Of a stretch of DNA of 64,000 nt, positions 8,595 to 18,168 are shown in pieces. The stretch comes from Escherichia phage LHE287. The position numbers and the translations under genes were made by a program. Location: sequence record PP761450.1; one strand, written 5' to 3'. The first letter of the stretch is position 1. The number at the start of each line of letters is the position of its first letter. The notes beneath the pieces were generated by a model. That model made no database searches and had not been told where the DNA came from. It saw only the letters and a program-made list of their open reading frames with translations.

Positions 8595-8802
8595 TGTTCT
8601 CTTCGCCTTGTGCGTAAGGGTTAAGTTCAGACTCATCAGCGGCTTCGATGCGCGTCTTTACAGAGTCCAGCATATTGTTGATAAATTCACGAGACTGCTC
8701 CAGCTGAGCCAAGAGCACATCCTTTGGAGCATAGTTCTGAATGCAAGCCGGAATACTTTCAGACGTCGCCTTCAGGTCGGTAAAACATTCTTTCAGTATC
8801 AT
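8587..8802 (-). CDS. hypothetical protein
   Basis: 71-aa ORF ending 8 nt inside the vWA start. Confidence 0.4.
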   Translation of the reverse strand: MILKECFTDLKATSESIPACIQNYAPKDVLLAQLEQSREFINNMLDSVKTRIEAADESELNPYAQGEENND

Positions 8803-8880
8803 TTGATCTCACTTAACAGAGACGACGCCCTGTTGGGATTTAATAGCGGTCTTCACAGGCATCAGGTTTCCCTCAAAACA

Positions 8881-8896
8881 GGGGAGTTGCCTCCCC
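8881..8896 (-). terminator. GNRA-loop hairpin after the NAMPT-family gene
   Basis: ggggag-ttgc-ctcccc; followed on the minus strand by GTTTT. Confidence 0.45.
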
Positions 8897-8904
8897 TTCG
8901 GTTA

Positions 8905-10569
8905 TCAGATTTGTGAGGCCAGTTCTGTCACCAGAGGAGCGGCACGAACACGCGCATCTTCCAGTGTTTGAGTATTGAAGAACTCGCCATCACGATACAC
9001 CAGCTGGTGCTGGTTGTCGGCGTCTTGCACCTGATCAAAGGTGATACCGTCAACCAACACTAGTTTACCCTGAGAGTCTTTAATGACTTTAAGGAAACCA
9101 CGCGCAGACTTTTTAGTCCCGCCTTTATCGGTCTTCGGCTCTTTGAAGATCTCACGGAATTCACCGTTCACTTTACCAGCCGTGGCTTTCACTGCTGTGC
9201 CAGTACTGTCACGGGTGTTCATCTGGTAGGTGTAGGAACCGATACCGAACACCACGTTGATGGAAGCGAAGTTCCGGTCAGCCAGACGGCTAAAGATCTG
9301 GTCTTCACGCGCCAGGGTGATAGAATCACCGTAGATCAGGCCGATGTGCTCATCCAACAGGAAGTGCCCAGTTTCAGTCTGGGTGCCACCAAAGATCTCC
9401 CACAGGCGCTGGATAGAGCCGACCGCTTCTGAACGGCTGATGATATTACGGTCATCTACCATCAGAGAGTTGATCGTGCCTTCGCCTGTGATCAGGTGAT
9501 AGGTGTTCGTCTCTTCGATGTGGATAACTTCGGTGCTGCTAGACACGCCGCTGATGTTCAGCGTAGCGCGGTCTTTGAACCCCTCGATGCGGTAGCCGCC
9601 AACGATGTGTACAGGGTCGCCCGAGTCGGGGCGAATCACGACTTTACCATTGCGCGCCATGATAATGTCTTTCAGGCGAGGCAGATAGTCGTCGATGACC
9701 TGCCAGTAATCCCACGCATCAGACACGATGCTGACGATGCCATCAGGATACACGTCCTGCACCAGGCGGCGGAAGGTTTCGAATTCGCCATCCTTCGTGC
9801 CCATACACATCACCGCATGTTCCGTTGCGGCAACCGACCCAGCAACGACATAGTCTTCGTCGATGTCTGCGCCATAATACTCTTCTACGAAGTCCAGGGC
9901 AGGGTTGGTATCGGTGCCTTTGAAGAACACCAGATGACCGGAACCGGAAGACGCGGCATCATGCCACCCGCTCATACCACGAAAGGAGAAGTCGTGGCCT
10001 TGGTAGTCGATGAACCAATGGTCCGGTGATACTCCCGTAGCGAGGGCAGCTTTCACCATCAGTGCCTTGTAATGCAAAGCTATGGTGGCGTTCGTCATCG
10101 GCTTCCAGATCTCAGAGCTGAACACAGTCTCCAGATAGTTGGTCAGCCAGTAGAACTCCGGCAGGGTATTGAACATCACATACACCGGAACGCCATACGG
10201 GCACATGGTACCTTCAGGCAGCGCGCGGACTTCGATAGGCAGGTAGCCGAGGTCATGCAGGGCTTCAATATGCTCTGTGCCGACGCGGCCTGGACCCAGG
10301 ACTTTGTTCATGCGACGGGCATACTTCTTCAGCACCTTGGCCTTCGGGCGCTGGAAGAATGCTTCGTCAAACAGTTCGTGGAACCAGGTCATGAAGCCCT
10401 GGATGCCCCAGACCACCACGCCGTTCTTCGGCAGGTGAGAGTTGAACAGTTTGTTAGAGCGCGGAGTTCCGTTGGAGAACACCAGCTCACTGCCTTCAGG
10501 GAACTGATAGATGTGCCCCGATTTGTAGAAGTCGATCGCATGGATTGGGTCTAAGTGGCGCATGCTCAT
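8905..10569 (-). CDS. nicotinamide phosphoribosyltransferase family protein (NadV/Namat-like)
   Basis: 554 aa with NAMPT-like sequence throughout (DFYKSGH..., GSVAATEHAVM, IRPDSGDP); stop/start overlap with upstream gene. Confidence 0.85.
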   Translation of the reverse strand: MSMRHLDPIHAIDFYKSGHIYQFPEGSELVFSNGTPRSNKLFNSHLPKNGVVVWGIQGFMTWFHELFDEAFFQRPKAKVLKKYARRMNKVLGPGRVGTEHIEALHDLGYLPIEVRALPEGTMCPYGVPVYVMFNTLPEFYWLTNYLETVFSSEIWKPMTNATIALHYKALMVKAALATGVSPDHWFIDYQGHDFSFRGMSGWHDAASSGSGHLVFFKGTDTNPALDFVEEYYGADIDEDYVVAGSVAATEHAVMCMGTKDGEFETFRRLVQDVYPDGIVSIVSDAWDYWQVIDDYLPRLKDIIMARNGKVVIRPDSGDPVHIVGGYRIEGFKDRATLNISGVSSSTEVIHIEETNTYHLITGEGTINSLMVDDRNIISRSEAVGSIQRLWEIFGGTQTETGHFLLDEHIGLIYGDSITLAREDQIFSRLADRNFASINVVFGIGSYTYQMNTRDSTGTAVKATAGKVNGEFREIFKEPKTDKGGTKKSARGFLKVIKDSQGKLVLVDGITFDQVQDADNQHQLVYRDGEFFNTQTLEDARVRAAPLVTELASQI

Positions 10570-11420
10570 TTTACACGTCCTGTATTTTCAGTTTTGAAAG
10601 GGAGCCCGTCGGCGGTGATGTTCTCCCACCAGACGGTGTCGGCATACACAGCATCATAGATCCCGTCGAAAACAGAGAGACCTTTGCTGAAGATGCCATG
10701 GGTAACGAAGAGCGTCATGTGCTTAGGCTTGTGCTTCTGAAGCTCTTTGCCTAACTCAACGAACGTGCGCCCACCGTCGCAGATATCATCGACCACCACC
10801 AGATAGCGGTCTTTGATCAGTTCAGGGTTTGTAACACTCACCCCAATGATCTCACCAGTCTTGGTGTCACGGTTCTTGTGACCGTAGACAACAGGAACAC
10901 CGTCCAACGACAGGCTGAGGGCTTCGGTCTTCTTAGCCGCGCCGCCGTCAGGGGCTACCAACACAGCGTTGTTCCCACGGATGAACCAGCCCAGATACTG
11001 ACGCACGATGTAATCTTGCGGGACAACATGGACGTTGTTGATCAGAGAAGACACAACATGGCTGTGAGGATCTTTGATCGCCACGCGGTCAAAGTTCATG
11101 CTATTGATGAACTCAGCTGCCCACTTCACAGACAGAGGCTCACCGAAGTCACAATGGCGGTCCTGGCGAGCATACGGGAAGTAAGGGATATACGCATGGA
11201 ATGTCGTCAGACGGTCCACGTTACCCAGACCACGAACGGCGTTTACCAGAAGCGCCAGCTCAATGAAGTCAGCCGATGATTTGATGTGAGCATCAATCGC
11301 CACGTTCTGAACGTGGCCGATAGGGATACCAGACTTTTGAATCTTGATATGTTCCTCACCACCTGGGAAGGTGAAGTGTTTGTAGAACACATCTTGGTCG
11401 TTCAATTTCAAACGAAACAT
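10566..11420 (-). CDS. ribose-phosphate pyrophosphokinase family protein (Prs/Adps-like)
   Basis: 284 aa with type I PRTase/PRPP motif VVVDDICDGGRTF; 4-nt overlap with the NAMPT-family gene. Confidence 0.75.
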   Translation of the reverse strand: MFRLKLNDQDVFYKHFTFPGGEEHIKIQKSGIPIGHVQNVAIDAHIKSSADFIELALLVNAVRGLGNVDRLTTFHAYIPYFPYARQDRHCDFGEPLSVKWAAEFINSMNFDRVAIKDPHSHVVSSLINNVHVVPQDYIVRQYLGWFIRGNNAVLVAPDGGAAKKTEALSLSLDGVPVVYGHKNRDTKTGEIIGVSVTNPELIKDRYLVVVDDICDGGRTFVELGKELQKHKPKHMTLFVTHGIFSKGLSVFDGIYDAVYADTVWWENITADGLPFKTENTGRVK

Positions 11421-11528
11421 AATGTAGCCTCATGGTGTATTGTACAGCCGTATTATACTGTGATGCACAAATTGAAACGCCCAGCATTTACGCTGGACGT
11501 TATTGATATTGAAAAGGTTTTGACAAAC

Positions 11529-11762
11529 TCAGGATTTGGAGGAAGCGCCCTTCCATGTCTGACGTTTGTAGTAGGAAGCCATGGCCATCGACCCGGCGTA
11601 TTGCGTTTCACCCCTGACTACCACAGCCACAACCAGCTTATGTCGCAACAGGAAGTCCAGACCTGACTTAGACGGGATATCGCCAATGCTCAGTGGACCA
11701 CGATTGTACAGGGCATACATGGTGTCAAGCGCCGCCCCGGTAAAGATAATCTCTTTAGACAT
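11529..11762 (-). CDS. hypothetical protein
   Basis: Trimmed to MSKEIIF start (11762) to remove the 98-nt overlap in the ORF track. Confidence 0.4.
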   Translation of the reverse strand: MSKEIIFTGAALDTMYALYNRGPLSIGDIPSKSGLDFLLRHKLVVAVVVRGETQYAGSMAMASYYKRQTWKGASSKS

Positions 11763-11769
11763 GGCGGTC

Positions 11770-12075
11770 TCACTTAAACGAGTCAACGATGGATGTAAGA
11801 ATTTCGGGGGTGGGTTTGGCGTCTTGTGGTTCACGGAAACCCACCTTTGCGATGCGACCCAATACATTGTACACTTCGCGCGGAAGGGTGTCTACGACCG
11901 TGTCCGACATGAACACCACGTCTTCTTGGATGGCGTTGTATTCGGCCAGTTTAGCCAGTTCTGATTCTACCAGGGACTTCAGCTTTTGCAATGGGTCGTT
12001 GCAATAGTTGAGACGGTTACAGTTGGTGAGCGCCTGAGTTAGATTCTCAAACGCTTCTTGTATTTCCTTTGACAT
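11770..12075 (-). CDS. hypothetical protein
   Basis: Trimmed to MSKEIQE start (12075) with GAGG RBS. Confidence 0.4.
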   Translation of the reverse strand: MSKEIQEAFENLTQALTNCNRLNYCNDPLQKLKSLVESELAKLAEYNAIQEDVVFMSDTVVDTLPREVYNVLGRIAKVGFREPQDAKPTPEILTSIVDSFK

Positions 12076-12457
12076 TGATATGTGCCTCGTATTGTTGACA
12101 GACAACAACTACTTTACGGCACATGTCGATATCGAACAAGCCAATATGACACTCACGCTTCTTTATCCCCAGCTTATGCGCCAGCCAACTGTAAGCGTCG
12201 CTCCTGCTCCTCTCTCCGCTTTTCCACAATGGGTCAAACGATCTATGGGCTTCCTGCTTAGCAGCACGGAGAGCGGCATTCGCCATCCTTCCCAAAGGTT
12301 GTCTGCCGTCGCCATGGGCATGGCAACCGACACGGGCATCACATGGAGTGCACACCCAGAACTTCAGATTGCGGAGGTCAGGGCGATGAGGGTAGAGAAC
12401 ATCACCACCGACGAATTCGGCTGGGAGGCCACAGTAATCACATATAACAGGTTTCAT
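12047..12457 (-). CDS. zinc-ribbon (Cys-rich) protein
   Basis: CDYCG...CTPCD...CH cysteine pairs; ATG at 12457. Confidence 0.45.
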   Translation of the reverse strand: MKPVICDYCGLPAEFVGGDVLYPHRPDLRNLKFWVCTPCDARVGCHAHGDGRQPLGRMANAALRAAKQEAHRSFDPLWKSGERSRSDAYSWLAHKLGIKKRECHIGLFDIDMCRKVVVVCQQYEAHINVKGNTRSV

Positions 12458-12475
12458 ATTCTTTGTCCAAAAGAA

Positions 12476-12494
12476 ACCCCGCACATGGCGGGGT
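12476..12494 (-). terminator. hairpin plus U-run
   Basis: ccccgc/gcgggg stem; minus strand followed by TCTTTT. Confidence 0.45.
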
Positions 12495-12517
12495 TGCTCA
12501 GGCTGAGGTCAGACAGA

Positions 12518-12889
12518 TTATTTCAGGAGTGCTTCCAGTTCTTCAACAGATTTGCTTTCCAGCTCTTGCTGTTTCTTACGCTGGATCAGCTCCAGGATAA
12601 TCTGGTTGTTCGCCTTACGCTCTGCCGCGTCTCTGCTGTCGTCACGTTCTTTCAGCTTAACACCGATGATGTGCTTGACAACGTCGAAGCGCAGCTGCAG
12701 TTCGGAGTCAACGTTGCTTTTGGTGCCAATGAAATCTTCTTCATCGGTTTCTGCTGCTTTCACCTGACGGCTCAGACCTTTCGCCATTTCGTTCAGGGCA
12801 GTCAGGCTCAGGTCCCAGACCTGCTCAACAGACAGCAGACCTTTGTTAGACTCGAAGCGCAGTTTCATACGGGTTGCTTTATCAAACAT
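12518..12889 (-). CDS. hypothetical protein
   Basis: 123-aa ORF, ATG with GAGGA RBS. Confidence 0.5.
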   Translation of the reverse strand: MFDKATRMKLRFESNKGLLSVEQVWDLSLTALNEMAKGLSRQVKAAETDEEDFIGTKSNVDSELQLRFDVVKHIIGVKLKERDDSRDAAERKANNQIILELIQRKKQQELESKSVEELEALLK

Positions 12890-12933
12890 TTTACTATCCT
12901 CAATGATGAATGGGTTACAATTTCAAATCAGGT

Positions 12934-14952
12934 TTAGAACACAACTTTCACAGTGCGGTTGAACGAACCGCTCACCTTCACGAACACGTGGTTGCGTTGG
13001 GTGGTAGAGAAGCCCAGACCGGACAGCTGCTCAGTGCTTGGCTGTACTTTAATCTTACCACCTAACATTTCAAAAACCTTGCGGTGTTTATCAAGTTCCG
13101 GCTTCAGATATTCGTTATAGAAACCACGGGTGCCGACAGGGTTAGCACAACCTTCCAGGATGAAGAACACGTGCTTGTTGCCAGTCTGCTCGCCGTCCCA
13201 ATGGTTTGGTGAGTTCAGAACCAGCTGTACCTTCTGGAAGACGGAGGTCTTGATGCCCCAGATTTCCTGAGAGCGAGCGTCGTCTTTCAGGGTAGAACTG
13301 ATGTCAACCACCTGACCAGCGCGAACCTGAACCACAACAGCCAACGTGCGATCTTTGTTACCCAGGCCAGGGTGTGAGAAGCGCTTAGTCTGACCTTTGT
13401 ATTCAACTTCGATTTCGAAACCAACGTCACAGGTTTCACGCTTGTTGAAGTTGGTGACATAGAACTCATAATTCCCGTCACGCAACTTGCGTTCATCGCT
13501 AAAGAAGATGTTCTCCACCGGACGGCGGTTTGGATCAATGCCGTCCATACCGTTCATGTCGATGTCCAGAGTTGCGCCAGTTGTCGAACGACGGTTGCGA
13601 AAATATACGTGGTTGTGAAGAGGATCGTTCATGCTCAGATCCAGGTCGTCGTTGTTATGCCAAGCCAGTGACACGCGGAGGAAGCTGTCGACATTGCCGC
13701 CTGCGGTCTTCACGCGCTCTTTGATGGAGTCGGCCACTTCGCCATTGTACGACCAGCTGAAGCCGTTGTTCCACTTGAACAGGTTAGGAGCGCCTGCGGT
13801 AGCCGGAGCGATCAGGGACATCAGGTTGCCAATGTGAGAGTTTTCGACCAGCACTTCCAGGGAATGCGCCTTTGGCAACACGTTGGTCAGGAAGTCGTCG
13901 ATCGTGATCTCTTCAACCTTGTCCAGGGACTTGGTCGGAGTCTTCACTTCAGACGCCAGCTGAGCAAACGGGTCCATCTTCTTCTGAGCTGCCAGATCGG
14001 CGAACAGAACGTTGTTGATGGTCAGATCGTCATACACGGCATAACGGCGACCCAGTGAATCGGTCAGACCCAGCGCTTCGACTTCTTTCTGCGCGTTTTC
14101 AATCATCGACTTCGTGACCAGCGCGGTTGGGCGCTTGTAGTTCGTCGGAGCGACTTTGGCTTCAAAGGACTTCACGGCGGTTTCCAGATCCCGGCCTTCA
14201 TTGAGGTCTACCAGCAGAGAGCCAATCACGGTATTACGAATGCCGTGAGGGGTATGACCGTTTGCACGGTAGCCAGTGCGCCAAGCCCACAGAGCGCGTT
14301 TCTCTTCTGCAGTTTGTTCGTACAGGGTCTTGTTCACCACGAACGCCTGCACTGCCGCTTTGTGCTCTTCACCGCGATACAGAGAATTCTGGTCAATCAA
14401 TTCCAGAACGATTTCAGCCGATTCCAGAGACAGTTCACGCAGGCCGCGCTCAAACACTTCAATCGCCTGGCGGATTTCACCCTTCTTAGAAGCGATGGTA
14501 TCTGCCCGCAGAACATAGCTGCCCAGCAGGTCGGTGTGGAAGTGGTTGTAGGTACGGACAATACCATCTTTCATTTCGTGATTCGACTCAACACCAACTT
14601 TCTTGGTGTCGTTGAAGTACACGTCGACGATTGCGTGCTGCTTAACATATGCTGACAGCGCCGCAGCGACAACGTCGTATTCGTTACCCAGCTGAATGTT
14701 ATCCCAGATAGAGATCACGTTCAGATCGGAGTCGATGGTGACTACACCGCCGATGTTACGGATGAATTGTTTGCAGCAGGTGCAGTCGTGCTCGGTACGC
14801 TCACGATAAAGCGGGTTAGTGCCAGCAGGGAAAGAAGACAGATACAGATCCCACAGAGCATCTTTATCGATGTTGGTCATGAACAGACCAGTTGCTGACA
14901 TGGCCAGCACGTTATTGTTGACAGCTACTGCGAAGGGCTTAAAATCTGACAT
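12934..14952 (-). CDS. hypothetical large early protein (672 aa)
   Basis: Long ORF with AGGAAG RBS; no motif I can assign. Confidence 0.6.
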   Translation of the reverse strand: MSDFKPFAVAVNNNVLAMSATGLFMTNIDKDALWDLYLSSFPAGTNPLYRERTEHDCTCCKQFIRNIGGVVTIDSDLNVISIWDNIQLGNEYDVVAAALSAYVKQHAIVDVYFNDTKKVGVESNHEMKDGIVRTYNHFHTDLLGSYVLRADTIASKKGEIRQAIEVFERGLRELSLESAEIVLELIDQNSLYRGEEHKAAVQAFVVNKTLYEQTAEEKRALWAWRTGYRANGHTPHGIRNTVIGSLLVDLNEGRDLETAVKSFEAKVAPTNYKRPTALVTKSMIENAQKEVEALGLTDSLGRRYAVYDDLTINNVLFADLAAQKKMDPFAQLASEVKTPTKSLDKVEEITIDDFLTNVLPKAHSLEVLVENSHIGNLMSLIAPATAGAPNLFKWNNGFSWSYNGEVADSIKERVKTAGGNVDSFLRVSLAWHNNDDLDLSMNDPLHNHVYFRNRRSTTGATLDIDMNGMDGIDPNRRPVENIFFSDERKLRDGNYEFYVTNFNKRETCDVGFEIEVEYKGQTKRFSHPGLGNKDRTLAVVVQVRAGQVVDISSTLKDDARSQEIWGIKTSVFQKVQLVLNSPNHWDGEQTGNKHVFFILEGCANPVGTRGFYNEYLKPELDKHRKVFEMLGGKIKVQPSTEQLSGLGFSTTQRNHVFVKVSGSFNRTVKVVF

Positions 14953-15066
14953 GATGTAATCTTCCTGTTTCAGTTCAAATGTGCGCCCCGTTTGCTAGGG
15001 CGCTTCGTTTAAGTGAGGTCAATATACGCTGGATTGAGTTATTGAAGAACGAAGTAAAGGAAATCT

Positions 15067-16290
15067 TTATTCAGGTTTCTTCAAACGGTCCAGCAAATTG
15101 ACGGAACCACGTTTGAGAACGACTTCATCACAGCGCTTTTTGTATTCCCCACCGCCGTCATAGCTGACCTTGCCCCGAGGTTTTTCACCGCGCCCAACCG
15201 CCTCAACACAGCGAGTGTACTTGCTCAGTTCACAGAACATGTTCTCCAGCTGCATAACGTTCATGCACTGATCTACAGGCTCTTCAGCCGACCAGAATTG
15301 CTCACGAACATACCCATATTGGGAATACACCGCGTCCTGATTGTCCCGCAACCAGAAGATGCATTCTTCATGCGTCATGCCATCTTTGTCCTGGAACATC
15401 AGATCAATCCCTGCGCGACAGCCTGGTCCAGCAACCGTGAAGTGGTTCTCACTGAAAGGATATCCAGGAATGTACGTGAAATCAACCCAGATCTGGTAGG
15501 CCAGGAATGGACCAAGCCCTTCGATGTCGTCATACATGCGCTGGTATACTTCCAGAGGAGTACCAAGGCGCAGCAAGTCATGGAAATAGTTTGGATACTT
15601 GTTGACGAATGCCTTCAGGGAGCGGATGACACGCATTGGCATGTACGGTTCCCATCCCTCGATGGTATATTCACCAGGATTCTCTTCGACCAGCTTCTTG
15701 GCGACCTTGTAGTCCATCTCTTCCACAATACCCTGGCCAACACGATACACTTTCACCATCATCCCACCGAAGCGCTGCTCCTTGTGGTTGACAACCATCT
15801 CAGGGAAAGCCAGGCATTGTTTCAGGCCGCCCGTGTTGAAGGCATTGGTGAATACCTTACCACCGTCGGCCTCGAACTTCTGAAGTCGTTCGCGGGTTGC
15901 ATCGAGGTTGATCTCGGCGAATTCTTTGATCGTCATCGCGCCGCCGATAGCCTGGATTGGATCCCAGAGGTTGAACATGCGGAACAACACGCAGTTGAAC
16001 ATCTTGTCGGCCATACCCAGAGCATCATTCTTGGCGATGTTGTTGATCAGGTTGAGAGACTGCCTGTCGTGCTCTCTCCGGACGTTACAGAATTTAACCT
16101 GGCGTAATATGGGATTATCAGTCCAAGGAGCAGGAAGGCGCTGGACGTCCTTCTTGACGTGGATCTGATAACGATCGCGCATCCATTCGTAAGACAGGCA
16201 GGTATGGGTCGGACTGAGAACCGGTTTGGCCGACTTTATCTTTTCTTCACGGACACCGCAGTACGGGACGTCCAGGGCTTTATCTTTCAT
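15067..16290 (-). CDS. hypothetical protein (407 aa)
   Basis: Long ORF with AGAGGA RBS. Confidence 0.6.
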   Translation of the reverse strand: MKDKALDVPYCGVREEKIKSAKPVLSPTHTCLSYEWMRDRYQIHVKKDVQRLPAPWTDNPILRQVKFCNVRREHDRQSLNLINNIAKNDALGMADKMFNCVLFRMFNLWDPIQAIGGAMTIKEFAEINLDATRERLQKFEADGGKVFTNAFNTGGLKQCLAFPEMVVNHKEQRFGGMMVKVYRVGQGIVEEMDYKVAKKLVEENPGEYTIEGWEPYMPMRVIRSLKAFVNKYPNYFHDLLRLGTPLEVYQRMYDDIEGLGPFLAYQIWVDFTYIPGYPFSENHFTVAGPGCRAGIDLMFQDKDGMTHEECIFWLRDNQDAVYSQYGYVREQFWSAEEPVDQCMNVMQLENMFCELSKYTRCVEAVGRGEKPRGKVSYDGGGEYKKRCDEVVLKRGSVNLLDRLKKPE

Positions 16291-16310
16291 GGTATCCTCT
16301 TAGAATACGA

Positions 16311-16337
16311 AAACAGAGGCCATTATAGCCTCTGTTG
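16311..16337 (-). terminator. rho-independent terminator
   Basis: acagaggc/gcctctgt 8-bp stem followed on the minus strand by TTTT. Confidence 0.55.
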
Positions 16338-16358
16338 TTTAGTGAATAACTGTATATC

Positions 16359-17231
16359 TTAATCGATACGGGTCAGTTGGGTGATAGATGATTGCACTGG
16401 GCTGGCCACATAGATACGGACGTTGGCTTTCCATTCACCCCAGATCAACGGCAGAGTTGGGAAGTTGTCTTCATTGAAAACAAACACGGGAATGTAGCTC
16501 TCGACTGTTTCGCCAGAGAACGCCTGAAAGCCCATCTTGGTGTATCCCATGATCTCGTCAATAAAATCGAACGGAGCGAAGGCAACACCAGCGTGTTCGT
16601 TGCATCCGAGCTGGCCTGGAGTGGCCGTACCTGTCAGAATGATTTCGGTGATCTGGCGCTTAGGCTCGGCGGTCAACATATCAGAGAAGTCAGGCTCTTT
16701 GAAGGTTGCCATGTTCTTCAGGAACTTGCCAGCCGGGTACTCTTTGCCGTCGACAGTGATGGTGTCTACCACTTTGATGCACGCCTGAGGGAATTCCCCT
16801 TCGATGCGCAGACTTTCGCGTGGGAAGCCTTTGTTGTAGTAGTAATCCAGTGCTGGCACAACTTCACCTTCATTACGGATGAACTTGCTCATGTTAGAGG
16901 CATACACGCGCTGTAGACATTCGTCACCGTCGAAACCAGCAATATGAGCCACACCGTCGTTGACTGTTGTGATGTCGCCCTGGGCATCCATGATCTGGCG
17001 CATAATGTCTTTGATGTCGACAACAACGGGTTCTTTCAGGACTCGCGGAGATGCGGTGAACTCAATTTTCACCTCGTGGTCGAAATACGCCGCTTCCAGC
17101 AGTTCACGGGTTTCTTCCAGCACCAGTTTCGCCTGATTGCGGATCTTACCAAAGTCGGGCGATGTGACGTCGCCCTTTGCATTACCGAAAGCCAGATTCA
17201 GATTCACGTTCTTGGAAAATGTAGTTGTCAT
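16359..17231 (-). CDS. hypothetical protein (290 aa); N-terminal region weakly MazG-like
   Basis: KLVLEETRELLEA resembles the MazG/HisE EExxE helix; GGAG RBS. Confidence 0.45.
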   Translation of the reverse strand: MTTTFSKNVNLNLAFGNAKGDVTSPDFGKIRNQAKLVLEETRELLEAAYFDHEVKIEFTASPRVLKEPVVVDIKDIMRQIMDAQGDITTVNDGVAHIAGFDGDECLQRVYASNMSKFIRNEGEVVPALDYYYNKGFPRESLRIEGEFPQACIKVVDTITVDGKEYPAGKFLKNMATFKEPDFSDMLTAEPKRQITEIILTGTATPGQLGCNEHAGVAFAPFDFIDEIMGYTKMGFQAFSGETVESYIPVFVFNEDNFPTLPLIWGEWKANVRIYVASPVQSSITQLTRID

Positions 17232-17247
17232 GATTTAGCGACTCCAG

Positions 17248-17712
17248 TTATTCGCTTTTTGCCTTCGTAGGCCGGATGATGTATTTTGGAACCAGTTTCC
17301 ATTCAGGAACCTGATCGTGTTTAACCACTTTAATGCGAGACATATCGGCTGCTTCAGTGACCTGCTCAGGATGAATGACCTTCACCATGTTCCACTGCTC
17401 CAGCAGCTTGATGATTCGGTTCATCCTCAGGACATCTTCGCGGTTAAATCCGTTGTAATGCCCGTCCAGCATAAATAGATGCTTAAAGTGGACGATATAA
17501 TACTTGCCACACTTATGAAGAATATGGCAAGTCTGATACAGAGTATTCGGCTCTTGGCGCGTGTTTACCCCAATTCGACTCAGTGTTTCCTTGATCCCCA
17601 GGAATATACCTGGCCGATCTTGGTTCAATTGAACTTCAACCATACAATCAACGATGCTGGCCTCATCGTTGACTGCTGAAATATTCAATATGTCTAGCGT
17701 ATTACGCGCCAT
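17248..17712 (-). CDS. regA: RegA-like translational repressor of early genes
   Basis: LYQTCHILHKCGKYYIVHFK and EWKLVPKY closely match T4 RegA as I recall it; sits downstream of genes 45-44-62 as in T4. Confidence 0.8.
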   Translation of the reverse strand: MARNTLDILNISAVNDEASIVDCMVEVQLNQDRPGIFLGIKETLSRIGVNTRQEPNTLYQTCHILHKCGKYYIVHFKHLFMLDGHYNGFNREDVLRMNRIIKLLEQWNMVKVIHPEQVTEAADMSRIKVVKHDQVPEWKLVPKYIIRPTKAKSE

Positions 17713-17741
17713 GACTCATTCCCCTTTTACAATAGTTTGAA

Positions 17742-18164
17742 CTATTTAGCCTTGCGCGGTTTCGCTTTGGCGTTCAGCTCAGTGCGTCTCATCTTCTCGC
17801 GTATCTCGGCCAGGACTTCCTTCGGCAAGAAACGGACGTACTCCGATGCCTTCTCCATGCTGATGTAGAAGTACTCGGAGAGTAACTTCACGTCAGGATC
17901 AATCGGACCTTTCTTAGACCATTTGTCGTAGCGTTTCCGAGCCGGAATGGTGTAAAAGGCATATGACCATTGCATCCATGGAGTGATAGCATGTAGCTTA
18001 TTCATCTGTTGTGCAGCCACTAGTGTGTCTTTGCTCTGAGCTAAACCACGCCGCGTCATAAACGGGTCGAATCCTTTCAACACTTCTGGGTCATCAGACC
18101 GCAAAAGGTTTTCTTTGCTGCTGTTCAGAGCAGCCAGGTAATCGAACAATCCAAGGGCGGCCAT
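17742..18164 (-). CDS. gp62: clamp loader small subunit (gp62-like)
   Basis: T4-like position after gp44; ARKRYDKWSKK resembles T4 gp62 RGKRYGKWAKL; start trimmed to MAALGLF. Confidence 0.55.
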   Translation of the reverse strand: MAALGLFDYLAALNSSKENLLRSDDPEVLKGFDPFMTRRGLAQSKDTLVAAQQMNKLHAITPWMQWSYAFYTIPARKRYDKWSKKGPIDPDVKLLSEYFYISMEKASEYVRFLPKEVLAEIREKMRRTELNAKAKPRKAK

Positions 18165-18168
18165 AATA

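Noticed and set aside
16359-17231. DNA polymerase (gene 43) directly after regA, as in T4
   Set aside because: The 290-aa protein has no exonuclease or polymerase motifs that I can recognise, so the T4 synteny expectation is not met here.
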